Position numbers and translations under genes: made by a program | Shown here: in pieces, positions 37,942 through 46,687 of the stretch | Layout of the letters: each line of letters begins with the position of its first letter | How positions within the stretch are numbered: the first letter of the stretch is position 1 | From: Planctomycetota bacterium | GTDB taxonomy: Bacteria > Planctomycetota > Phycisphaerae > SM23-33 | Direction: 5' to 3' | Length of the DNA: 64,000 bases | Assembly (NCBI GenBank): GCA_024275995.1 | Contig: JAJRYB010000019.1 | Span: 2,728 to 66,727 of the forward strand | The notes under the pieces: model-generated | What the model saw: only the letters and a program-made list of their open reading frames with translations | Database searches by the model: none | What the model was told of the DNA's origin: nothing

Positions 37942-39422
37942 TCCCGCTGCACGAAGCTTTCCGTATCGTCGCTTGCGGTCCATTCGATAGCAAGGACCGT
38001 GACGTCGTCTTCAGGCCGGCCCGACGTACGTAATTGAACTTCGCGCATGATCGTTTCGACCTGTTCGGAAAGGCCCAGGCCGGCGCTTTCCAGAATGACT
38101 CGTTCCAGTCCACTCGTAGCGAGCATGTTCGCAGGCGCACCGGCCTCGATGACGCCGTCGGTGAACAGGAACAACCGGTCCGATGTCTTGAGGGCGACCG
38201 ATTCGGTGGACCAGTGCACATCGCGCAAGGCGCCTATCAGCGGTCCGGTAGGCTCCAGCCGGCGAATATCCCCGCCGGACAGCAGCAGTCCACCGGGATG
38301 CCCCGCCGCGCAGTACGTCCACGTTCGCCGGCCCGGCTGCCAGATGCCCACGCACGCGGTGACGAACCGCCCTTCGGTTACGCATTCGATCAGGTCCCTG
38401 TTGACCAACGATATCGCCTCGGCGATATCGTCCTGCTCGGAAAGCCTGCGATGGAGGGACATCTTGACGACACCGGTGAGCAGCGCAGCGCTGACGCCGT
38501 GTCCGGAAACGTCGAGTATCGCAAACGCGATCTTCCCGTCGGGAAGGGCGAACACGTCGTACAGGTCGCCGGCTACCTGTTCGGCGGGTCGATAATCGGC
38601 CTCGATGGTAATACCTTCCATCGCCGGAAGCGAAGTCGGAAGCAGGTTCTCCTGTATCCGCCTGGCGCTTTCCATCTCGGCGACTTGACGGTTCTCGTGC
38701 CTTTCCAATTCGTCCGCCATGGCGTTGAAGCGTTCGATGAGCAGGCGGATTTCCGACGGTCCGGATGTCTCCGCACGCGCGGAGAAAATCCGCGCCGACC
38801 ATTTACCGGCTACGCTCGTCAACGACTCGATCGGTCGAAGGGACCAGAAATGTATCGCGAGGAATATCAGTACGATTATAGCCAGCGCCGTAGCGCCCGC
38901 CGTTGCAGCCCGGCTGAGCAGTTGCGCGCGGAGGATGGTTTCCACATGGTCGAGATATTGCGCCAGTACGATCGTTGCGCCGTCGTCGTCCGTTATACGA
39001 ACCTGCGCAAGCCTGTGATTGCCGACGTTCAGGACTTCCTTTTCCCCGGCGGAGAGGATCGCACGTTCGACGGCCGGACCGCTATGCTGACGAGCGCCGG
39101 CAAGTACGCGCCCGTCGCTTCCCAGCACGAGGATGTGATGGCCCGGTGATATGTGCTCGTTCATCTGTGCGCAGAACGCGTTGATGTATTCGGCGAACCG
39201 TGCGGGATCGGCTATATACCTGCGTGCTACCTGCAACGCGCGGGCCTGCTCGATGAGCGACGATCGAAGCCCCGCCATATGGACCTGATATTCGCGACGA
39301 TAGTCCAGGTACATCCCGATCCCCGTGGTCGTCAGAACGATTCCGACCAGGGCGAGAGTAAGCCTCATCCTAAGCGAGCCGCGAACCTTCGGGCGCGGCG
39401 ATTTGTTGTCGGAGGAGTTCAT
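37938..39422 (-). CDS. Membrane sensor PP2C-type serine phosphatase (HAMP + SpoIIE/RsbU-like PPM domain)
   Basis: N-terminal TM, periplasmic region, second TM, HAMP-like segment, then PPM motifs (AGDLYDVF, ILDVSGHGVSAALL, DGVIE, DDVTVLAIE). Confidence 0.8.
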   Translation of the reverse strand: MNSSDNKSPRPKVRGSLRMRLTLALVGIVLTTTGIGMYLDYRREYQVHMAGLRSSLIEQARALQVARRYIADPARFAEYINAFCAQMNEHISPGHHILVLGSDGRVLAGARQHSGPAVERAILSAGEKEVLNVGNHRLAQVRITDDDGATIVLAQYLDHVETILRAQLLSRAATAGATALAIIVLIFLAIHFWSLRPIESLTSVAGKWSARIFSARAETSGPSEIRLLIERFNAMADELERHENRQVAEMESARRIQENLLPTSLPAMEGITIEADYRPAEQVAGDLYDVFALPDGKIAFAILDVSGHGVSAALLTGVVKMSLHRRLSEQDDIAEAISLVNRDLIECVTEGRFVTACVGIWQPGRRTWTYCAAGHPGGLLLSGGDIRRLEPTGPLIGALRDVHWSTESVALKTSDRLFLFTDGVIEAGAPANMLATSGLERVILESAGLGLSEQVETIMREVQLRTSGRPEDDVTVLAIEWTASDDTESFVQRD

Positions 39423-39544
39423 AAATATGGATCGGGCGCATTACGCACCCGTTCGACATGCTGAACGATTGACTGTCCTGTTTCGTTGCATTCGGCGTGC
39501 GGCCCGCGCAGATATACCGTGCGGGATCGCATCGAGCGGGCGTC

Positions 39545-40975
39545 TCAGGCCTGCTCCTGGCCTATCGTATGGACGACCAGCGTGTTGGTTTTTCCGGGCT
39601 TGTGGATAGGTCTGCCGGCTAGGAGGATGATCTTATCGCCCTCTTTTGCGAGGTTCTGCGTCCGCGCGAAATCGGCAGCTATCGCAAGAACATCCCGCGT
39701 GTGCGTCGGCACGGCCGCCTGACGTGCGATTACGCCATAGTAGAGACACACGCGACGCAGCGCGGAAGGATCGTGCGACAGCGCCAGGATCGGACACGGA
39801 AGCCTGTTCTTGGCGAGCATGAGCGCGGTCGTCCCCGTAAGCGTGTAGACGGCGACGGCGGATATGCCCTCGAGGGCGATGATCTCCCGCACCGCGGCGG
39901 CAACCGCGGCGGTGGTCGGCTCGGGCGCGTAAGTAACCCTCGTAACCGAGGTGGTCTCGTCGTCATACGCCTGCACCTTCTCGGCGATGGCGTTCATCAT
40001 CCTCACCGCCCCGACAGGATATTTCCCCACGGCGGTCTCGCCGGAAAGCATGACGGCGTCCGCGTGGTCCAGCACGGCGTTGGCGACGTCGGATACTTCC
40101 GCGCGAGTCGGCGTGGCGCTGTCCGTCATGGTCTCCAGCATCTGCGTGGCGATAATGCAGGGCTTTCCGTGCTTCTGGCAAAGATGGGCGATTTTCTTCT
40201 GCGCTACGGGAACGGCAGGCAGGTCCATCTCCACGCCCAGATCGCCACGGGCCACCATTATCACGTCGGCGACGGCAATGATCTCTTCGATCCGCGCAAC
40301 GGCCTGGGGTTTTTCGATCTTCGCCACGATGTGCGCGGCGCTGCCGGTGGCGTCAAGCACGTCGCGAAGGGCCTGCACGTCATCGGCCGACCGCACGAAC
40401 GACAGGGCGACGTAATCGAAGTCCCTGTCGGCGATCCACTCGGCGTCCCGGCGGTCCTTTTCCGTCATGGCCGAGAGCGTCAGATGCGTATCGGGCACGT
40501 TTACACCCTTGCCGCTGGATAGCACCCCGCCGAGCACAACCCGGCAGCGAAGTTCGTCCGGCGGGCAGGTTTCGATGACCTCCATGCGAATCTTCCCATC
40601 GTCCAGGAGGATCGTGTCGCCCTTGGCAACTTCGTCCACCAGTTCCGGCAGCGTCGTACAGATGCGGCCGGTAAGCCCCTCGATAGGTTCGCGCTGAATG
40701 ACGAGCTCCTGCCCCTCGGCGAGCAGCGCCGATCCGCCGGCCATCATTCCAACACGAATTTTGGGCCCGCACAGATCGGCCATCACCGCGAGAGGTCTGC
40801 CGATATCCTGCTCGACCTGGCGGATGTTCCGCAGATACGCCTCGCGGGAATCCGCGTCGCCGTGGGAAAAGTTTATCCGGAACACGTCGCATCCCGCCCG
40901 CGCCAATTCGCTGAGCACCTTTGTTTCTCCGCTTGCGGGTCCGACCGTCGCCACGATTTTCGTTCGTATAATCAT
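39545..40975 (-). CDS. pyk: Pyruvate kinase (the ORF extends to 41467; the true start MIIRTKIVATVGP is at 40975)
   Basis: RTKIVATVGPAS, FSHG, MVARGDLGVE and the C-terminal regulatory domain are present. The 164-codon upstream extension is Arg-rich noise and overlaps the preceding gene. Confidence 0.9.
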   Translation of the reverse strand: MIIRTKIVATVGPASGETKVLSELARAGCDVFRINFSHGDADSREAYLRNIRQVEQDIGRPLAVMADLCGPKIRVGMMAGGSALLAEGQELVIQREPIEGLTGRICTTLPELVDEVAKGDTILLDDGKIRMEVIETCPPDELRCRVVLGGVLSSGKGVNVPDTHLTLSAMTEKDRRDAEWIADRDFDYVALSFVRSADDVQALRDVLDATGSAAHIVAKIEKPQAVARIEEIIAVADVIMVARGDLGVEMDLPAVPVAQKKIAHLCQKHGKPCIIATQMLETMTDSATPTRAEVSDVANAVLDHADAVMLSGETAVGKYPVGAVRMMNAIAEKVQAYDDETTSVTRVTYAPEPTTAAVAAAVREIIALEGISAVAVYTLTGTTALMLAKNRLPCPILALSHDPSALRRVCLYYGVIARQAAVPTHTRDVLAIAADFARTQNLAKEGDKIILLAGRPIHKPGKTNTLVVHTIGQEQA

Positions 40976-41946
40976 GTCGGAATTGTACGCGCCTCGATCA
41001 GCTTCCGCAAAGCAGTAACAACGCACCCCGGCGGGATGTCGCCAAGGGTTCTCCCGGCGATAGTTCGCACGCGCGGTCCGATAGGTGCAAAATGCTCCTC
41101 GCGGGAAGGCCCGAACAGCGTAAGGGTAGGCGTTCCGACGCACCCGGCAAGGTGGGCCGGTCCGCAATCGCCGCCGACGAACGCAGCCGCTCCCGCCAGT
41201 ACGCCCGCCAGAATCGGCAGGGGCGGGCAACTCAGCGTCGCAAACTCGCGCCGGATAGTATCTAGCTTCCCGGCGTCCCACCGGTCCAACTCGACCGGCC
41301 CGAGCGTTATCAGCATTTGGCGAGTTCCGATATTCCCCGCAAGAGACGCGATCAACTCCCGCGGAAGGCATTTTTCTTCGCTCCCTGCGCCGACATGCAA
41401 AACAACGTAGGGCCTGTTCGCATCGACGCCACTGCTCTTTAATGCGTTGTCCGCCTGCTCGCGCCACTCCCGCGGAACCGCTCGTGCCGCCGGTGTTTTC
41501 CCACTAACCTCCATGCCGAGCATGTCGCACCACAGATCCAGCAGGTGCCCGCGAAAATCCTCGCTCGGACGAATCGGCAGGAACGCCGCACTTTCCGCAC
41601 CGCACATGCCCGCCAGGCGAACGGACGCTTCGCCGCTTTCCTCGCAGAAACAACTGATCAGCCTGTCGTGCCCGCCCAGCATGCAGGGCAAGCGGCACTC
41701 TTTCAGCGGCGTGTCGGAGAAGCACTCGTGCATGGGAAGCGTCTCGAAGTCCATCGCCCGCTCGACGACGCCCAATCCCCGCAGAAGGTCGGCCTTTTCC
41801 TTGCCCGCGACCAGCGTAACGTCGCCGCCGGTGCGTTCCAGAAGCCGGCTGAATATTATCACGTCGCCCAGCGCGCCGGGATGCACCGCCAGAATTTTTT
41901 GTCGGAGATTATCGCCCTGCTCGTTCATCGTGGCTGGTCGATCCAT
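40972..41946 (-). CDS. Glycosyltransferase family 9 (heptosyltransferase-like). The start is at 41946 (MDRPATMNEQ) or 41928 (ATGA overlap with the mnmA stop).
   Basis: KILAVHPGALGDV N-terminus and the GT9 C-terminal motifs (VVLHVGAGSEEK, FVGGDCGPAHLAG) are present. The ORF's long Arg-rich N-extension is spurious. Confidence 0.7.
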   Translation of the reverse strand: MDRPATMNEQGDNLRQKILAVHPGALGDVIIFSRLLERTGGDVTLVAGKEKADLLRGLGVVERAMDFETLPMHECFSDTPLKECRLPCMLGGHDRLISCFCEESGEASVRLAGMCGAESAAFLPIRPSEDFRGHLLDLWCDMLGMEVSGKTPAARAVPREWREQADNALKSSGVDANRPYVVLHVGAGSEEKCLPRELIASLAGNIGTRQMLITLGPVELDRWDAGKLDTIRREFATLSCPPLPILAGVLAGAAAFVGGDCGPAHLAGCVGTPTLTLFGPSREEHFAPIGPRVRTIAGRTLGDIPPGCVVTALRKLIEARTIPT

Positions 41947-43004
41947 CCGCCGCCCAAGAGGCGCTGGTCCTGGTAGACAACAACCGCCTGCCCGGGCGTA
42001 ATCGCGAGTTGGGGCTGGTGGAACTTGACGTCGAACGAGCCGCTCCCTGTAACGCTCACTCTCGCCGGACAGCCGCGATGGTTGTAGCGTATCTGCACCG
42101 TCGCCTCGAACGGCTCTTTCGGCGGCGCCCAGTGCCAGTTCGCCCCCGACGCGCTCAGTCGGGACGATAGCGATTGCTCTCGCGTGCCGATAGTTACCGT
42201 CGCCGTTTTCGGATCGATATGCGTAACGTACATCGGCACGCCGGCCGCGACGCGAAGCCCGCGGCGCTGTCCTATGGTGAACCGCGCGTACCCGTCGTGC
42301 TCGCCGAGGATTTCTCCGTCGGCGTTGACGATATTTCCGGGTCGCAGCGCCTCGGGCGCCCGAGCGCGCAGCAGCGAAACGTAATCGTCGTCCGGGACGA
42401 AGCATATCTCCTGGCTGTCGGGTTTATCGTGGACGTTCAGGCCCAGTCGCCTTGCAATCCCGCGAACGGCCAGCTTCTCATCCACCCACCCTATCGGCAG
42501 GAGAATGCGATTCATCGCATCGCGAGCGACGTCGAACAGCGCGTAGGACTGGTCCTTTCGCCCGTCGAGCGCTCTCAGTATCGCCAAGTCGCCCGCGACG
42601 GATCCCATTCGCGCGTGGTGTCCGGTGGCTACGCAATCGATCCCAAGCGTCTCGGCCCGTTCCAGAAGGCGGCCGAATTTAATCCGGGAGTTGCACAGGA
42701 TGCACGGGTTGGGCGTTCGTCCGTGAGTGTACTCTGCCGCGAAGTGCTAGATTATCGGCTCGAAGTCCGCCGCCAGGTCCAGCACGAACAGCTCGATCCC
42801 CAGTTTCTGCGCTACGCGCCGCGCGTCGGCGGCGTCCCGCGGGCTGCAACATCCCTGCGAACGACGATCCGCCCCTCCGGACGAACCGAGGCACATGAAA
42901 ACGCCGGTCACGTCGCAACCGGCCTCCAGCAGCATCGCGGCGGCGACCGACGAATCCACCCCGCCGCTCATCGCCAGAAGAACCTTTTTTCCATTACCTG
43001 CCAT
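41925..43004 (-). pseudogene. mnmA: tRNA-specific 2-thiouridylase MnmA interrupted by one in-frame TAG codon (at 42747..42749). The reading frame is otherwise intact over 360 codons.
   Basis: N-terminal part (ORF 42747..43004: [16 protein letters not shown]-loop, ...[11 protein letters not shown]). The same frame continues as HFAAEYTHGRTPNPCILCNSRIKFGRLLERAETLGIDCVATGHHAR, then the MGSVAGD... ORF 41925..42608 (KDQSY, DSQEICF). I verified codon by codon that both pieces share one frame. Confidence 0.75.
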
Positions 43005-43021
43005 GGGATAATCATTGTATC

Positions 43022-43603
43022 GTGGGCGCCGCCCGATGCGGAAGCATTGACAAACGCGCGCCGCGGGATTCTATTGTTCGCGAAAGGAAATACGCTTTGA
43101 CGGAATGGCTGGTCGATTTCTTCGGAAACCCTTACGTGATCATGGTCCTGCTGACTTTTGCTCCGTTTCTGGAGCTGCGTGCGAGCATACCTTACGGGAT
43201 ATGGAAGTTCGGCCCTGAGCAGTGGCCCATCGTATTCGTCGTCGCGGTCGTCACGAATATCCTGCTGGCGCCGATAATCTACATCCTTCTGGACAAGTTC
43301 CTTCACGTACTCCTGCGGATTCGCGTGGTGGATAAATTCTGGAACGGCGTGATCCTGCGCACGCAGAAGAAAATCCATCCGAAAGTGGAGAGATACGGCG
43401 TATGGGGGCTGGGCGTGTTCATCGGCGTGCCGCTGCCGGGTTCCGGCGTGTACAGCGGAGCGTTCGGCGGGTACGTACTGGGCTTCAGCTTCCGCAAGTT
43501 CATGATCGCCGCGGTCATGGGCGTTCTGATCGCCGCCGCCGTCGTCACGGTGGTTATGCTCACCGGCGCAACGACCTTCGAGTTTTTCATCAAGAAAACC
43601 TGA
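43022..43603 (+). CDS. Small multi-TM membrane protein (putative small multidrug export / COG2426-like). The start may be the TTG at about 43097.
   Basis: Four or five hydrophobic segments. It resembles the Sm_multidrug_ex family pattern ([14 protein letters not shown]...[29 protein letters not shown]). Confidence 0.5.
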   Translation: MGAARCGSIDKRAPRDSIVRERKYALTEWLVDFFGNPYVIMVLLTFAPFLELRASIPYGIWKFGPEQWPIVFVVAVVTNILLAPIIYILLDKFLHVLLRIRVVDKFWNGVILRTQKKIHPKVERYGVWGLGVFIGVPLPGSGVYSGAFGGYVLGFSFRKFMIAAVMGVLIAAAVVTVVMLTGATTFEFFIKKT

Positions 43604-43869
43604 TCGTTTCATAACCACAGAGCACTCAGAGGCAAAACTATCTTTTACAACAAGAGATATTACAAAGCGGCCCCGCCTGCCTTCGGTTTGCGGCCAGATA
43701 TGAGAGTTCCACAGAAGAACGAACAAAACAGGGTTTCTTTCCAAAAGCTTTCCGCTTGCGCAGTAAATGTTTTAAAATAGGAAACTCAGTGTCCTCTGTG
43801 ATCTCCGTGGTGAAATATTCGGATTAAAACCTGATCGCGGCGCAGCGGCGCGCCGCCGGGAGATTCGCC

Positions 43870-44418
43870 ATGACGATATCAGCGAAAGATCGCAGCGAGC
43901 TTGTCCGGCTCGCACGCCAGTCCGTCGAGGCGGAAGTCCGCGGCCAGGAACCACCCGAATGCGAAAACCTCTCCGGCGTGTTCGGTGAGATGCGGGGCTG
44001 CTTCGTTACGCTCACGAACCGCGGACAGCTTCGGGGGTGTATTGGAATATTCCAGCCGCAGGAGCCACTGGGCAGGCAGATATGCGAAATGGGCGCCGCG
44101 GCGGCGCGAGACCCGCGATTCACCACGAACCCCATCACGCCGGACGAGCTAAGCGAGCTGGAAGTGGAGGTCTCTGTCCTCTCCCCGCTGGCCGAAACTT
44201 CCGATCCGCAATCGCTGCAAGTCGGAACGCACGGGATCTACATCGTCCGGGGCTACCGGGCGGGTTGCTTCCTGCCGGAGGTGGCGACGGATATGGGCTG
44301 GGACGCCGTAGAGTTTCTCGACCACTGCTGCACATCCAAGGCGGGACTGCCGAGCGGCGCGTGGCGGGAGAAAGACACAAAGGTCTACCTTTTCACGTCC
44401 GAAAAGTTCGGCGAGTAA
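43870..44418 (+). CDS. AMMECR1 domain protein
   Basis: The CFVTL...GCIG and LPEV motifs characteristic of AMMECR1 are present. Confidence 0.8.
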   Translation: MTISAKDRSELVRLARQSVEAEVRGQEPPECENLSGVFGEMRGCFVTLTNRGQLRGCIGIFQPQEPLGRQICEMGAAAARDPRFTTNPITPDELSELEVEVSVLSPLAETSDPQSLQVGTHGIYIVRGYRAGCFLPEVATDMGWDAVEFLDHCCTSKAGLPSGAWREKDTKVYLFTSEKFGE

Positions 44419-44521
44419 CTCGTAGATTCCGGTGTATTGCCCGATGGATAATGGTTTTACACCAAGGGACGGGTAGCGTAGAATCAGAGCAGTAAAAAAG
44501 CTGACCCCAAAGGTCAAAACC

Positions 44522-44842
44522 ATGAATGATGAAATACGAACTATCGTTGGTGATCTGCGGAATCGGCTGGAGCGGCTGTACGCCAAAGACCTTCACAGGG
44601 TAGTGCTTTACGGCTCGCATTGCCGCAGCGGGGCTACCGTCGAATCCGACATAGACGTTCTGGTGGTTCTTTCAGGCGAAGTAAATGCAGCACAGGAAAT
44701 ATCCCGCACCATCGACGACGTTTCGGAGATTTCGCTGCGGCATAATGTTGTGATAAGCTGCATGTTCATCTCGCGGGACGAATATGAGAAAGGCCAGGGC
44801 CCACTTCTGACGAACGTCCAACGAGAGGGTATTGCCATATGA
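44522..44842 (+). CDS. Nucleotidyltransferase (MNT-type, antitoxin-like) of an MNT/HEPN pair
   Basis: The pattern hhhYGS.ARG....SDIDVLVVL is the minimal nucleotidyltransferase signature. It overlaps the HEPN gene by 4 nt (ATGA). Confidence 0.75.
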   Translation: MNDEIRTIVGDLRNRLERLYAKDLHRVVLYGSHCRSGATVESDIDVLVVLSGEVNAAQEISRTIDDVSEISLRHNVVISCMFISRDEYEKGQGPLLTNVQREGIAI

Positions 44843-45213
44843 ACGCCCAGCAGCAACTGCTTCTAAAAGAAGCGGTTGCCAGCCTCGAGGCAGCCCGTTT
44901 GTTGCGCAAAGGAGAATTCTATGGGTTTTCGGCTTCTCGGGCATATTATGCCATGTTTTATGCCACCGAGGCGATTCTGCTCAGCAAGAATTTGACCTTC
45001 TCCAAGCATGCCGGTGTGATTTCCGCATTCGGCAAACACTTCGTCAAGAGCGGCGCTGCCGGTCCGGAATACCATCGCTACTTGATAGAAGGCATGGAAT
45101 TGCGGCATGTAGGGGATTATGGGCATAGTTTCGAGATCACCGCCGAGCAAAGCGACCATCAGATTCGCCATGCCGAGAAATTTATAGAGCTGGTCGAAAA
45201 ATTGCTCGATTGA
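44839..45213 (+). CDS. HEPN domain protein (toxin-like partner of the MNT)
   Basis: HEPN fold with the R-x6-H motif (ELRHVGDYGHSF). Classic bicistronic MNT-HEPN arrangement. Local GC content is visibly lower than in the flanks. Confidence 0.75.
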   Translation: MNAQQQLLLKEAVASLEAARLLRKGEFYGFSASRAYYAMFYATEAILLSKNLTFSKHAGVISAFGKHFVKSGAAGPEYHRYLIEGMELRHVGDYGHSFEITAEQSDHQIRHAEKFIELVEKLLD

Positions 45214-45284
45214 ACACCGATTCGGAAATACAGAACTGGCGAACGCGCTACAAGGCGGGGCAATAGGCTGGCAAAAGCTCGTGA

Positions 45285-45761
45285 CTATTTCTTGCCCATC
45301 TCGCGCTGCCTGCGGAAGAAGTTTGTGAGCATTTGTCCGCACTCGGCTGCCTTTACGCCGGAGATTACATCCAGGCGATGGTTCAACCTCTCGTCCGAGC
45401 ATATCCGGTAGAGCGTATCGACGGCGCCGGCCTTGGGGTCCGCTGCGCCGTATACCAGGCGTTCCATGCGGGCCAGGACAATCGCCCCGGCACACATGCA
45501 GCACGGTTCCAGCGTAACTACGAGCGTGCAATCGCCCAGCCGCCAGTCACCCGTCGCAGCGGCTGCGGCGCGAATCGCGAGCATCTCGGCGTGTGCGGTC
45601 GGATCGGCATCGACGATCCTGCGGTTGTGAGCGGCGGCGATAATCGCCCCGTCGCAAACCACCACCGCGCCTATCGGAACCTCGCCGAGTTTTTCAGCGA
45701 GCCGGGCCTGCTCGATGGCAGCCGACATGTACTCGTCGTATTCGACAGGTGTGGCCGTCAT
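45285..45761 (-). CDS. tadA: tRNA-specific adenosine deaminase
   Basis: Zinc-binding motifs HAEMLAI and PCCMCAGA are present. Confidence 0.85.
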   Translation of the reverse strand: MTATPVEYDEYMSAAIEQARLAEKLGEVPIGAVVVCDGAIIAAAHNRRIVDADPTAHAEMLAIRAAAAATGDWRLGDCTLVVTLEPCCMCAGAIVLARMERLVYGAADPKAGAVDTLYRICSDERLNHRLDVISGVKAAECGQMLTNFFRRQREMGKK

Positions 45762-46687
45762 TTTATAAAAAACTCCACTTTTTGGCAGATACGATCGGCG
45801 ACGCTGCCGGCTGAATCGTTGGCGAAAACATCGAACCAGAGTACGTCCGCCATCCGTCTCTGCCAGGTCCGCTGCCTTTTAGCCATTCGCCGCGTGTTGA
45901 TCTTTATCCGTTCGAGCGTTTCAGCCAGCGTCATCTCGCCCTGGAGATGCTCGATCATCTCGGCGTATCCAATCGCAGCGGCGGCCTGCATGGAAAGCCC
46001 GGCCGGCTCGGCCAGGAGAGACTCGACCTCCTCGCGCAGGCCCGATTCGATCATGCGCTTCGCGCGAGCGTTAATCCGATGGTGCAGGTCTTCCCTTTCG
46101 CGGCGCAGGCCTATGAATACACACTCATAGCGCCGCAACGTGTCCCATTGTTTCTGCAACTCACTTATGGGCCTGCCCGTCGACCGGTACACCTCCAGCG
46201 CGCGGATGATACGCTTGGCGTCGTTGGTTCCTATGCGCTCGGCGGAGACAGGATCGAGACGCGCAAGGGCGGCGTGCAGTGCGGCGATCCCCTCCTCTTT
46301 CGCCTGCGCCTTGAGCGACGAGCGGATTTTCGGATCGGCGGCCGGGCCGTCGAAAAGCCCTTCCGTCAGCGCCTTGACGTACAGGTTCGTCCCTCCCACC
46401 GCCAGCGGAACTGATCCAGCCAGGGATATTTCCTCGATCGCCGCATCTGCCTGCCGTACGAAGCGTCCCACGGAAAACCCCTCACCCGGCTCGACGATAT
46501 CGATGCAATGGTGCGGTACTTCCGAGCGCATCTTCGGCGATGGCTTACCCGTGCCGATATCCATGCGGCGATAGACCTTCATCGAATCGACGCTGACGAT
46601 CTGCCCGTCGATACGTTTTGCGATTTCTCGACCTACCGCGCCCTTTCCGCATGCGGTGGGTCCCAGGATGAACCAGACCTTTGTCAC
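45758..46687 (-). CDS. miaA: tRNA dimethylallyltransferase (GTG start at 46687 overlapping the RND stop as GTGA; the ORF extends to 46873)
   Basis: KVWFILGPTACGKG P-loop, DSMKVYRRMDIGTGKP and GGTNLY motifs are present. Confidence 0.85.
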   Translation of the reverse strand: MTKVWFILGPTACGKGAVGREIAKRIDGQIVSVDSMKVYRRMDIGTGKPSPKMRSEVPHHCIDIVEPGEGFSVGRFVRQADAAIEEISLAGSVPLAVGGTNLYVKALTEGLFDGPAADPKIRSSLKAQAKEEGIAALHAALARLDPVSAERIGTNDAKRIIRALEVYRSTGRPISELQKQWDTLRRYECVFIGLRREREDLHHRINARAKRMIESGLREEVESLLAEPAGLSMQAAAAIGYAEMIEHLQGEMTLAETLERIKINTRRMAKRQRTWQRRMADVLWFDVFANDSAGSVADRICQKVEFFIK

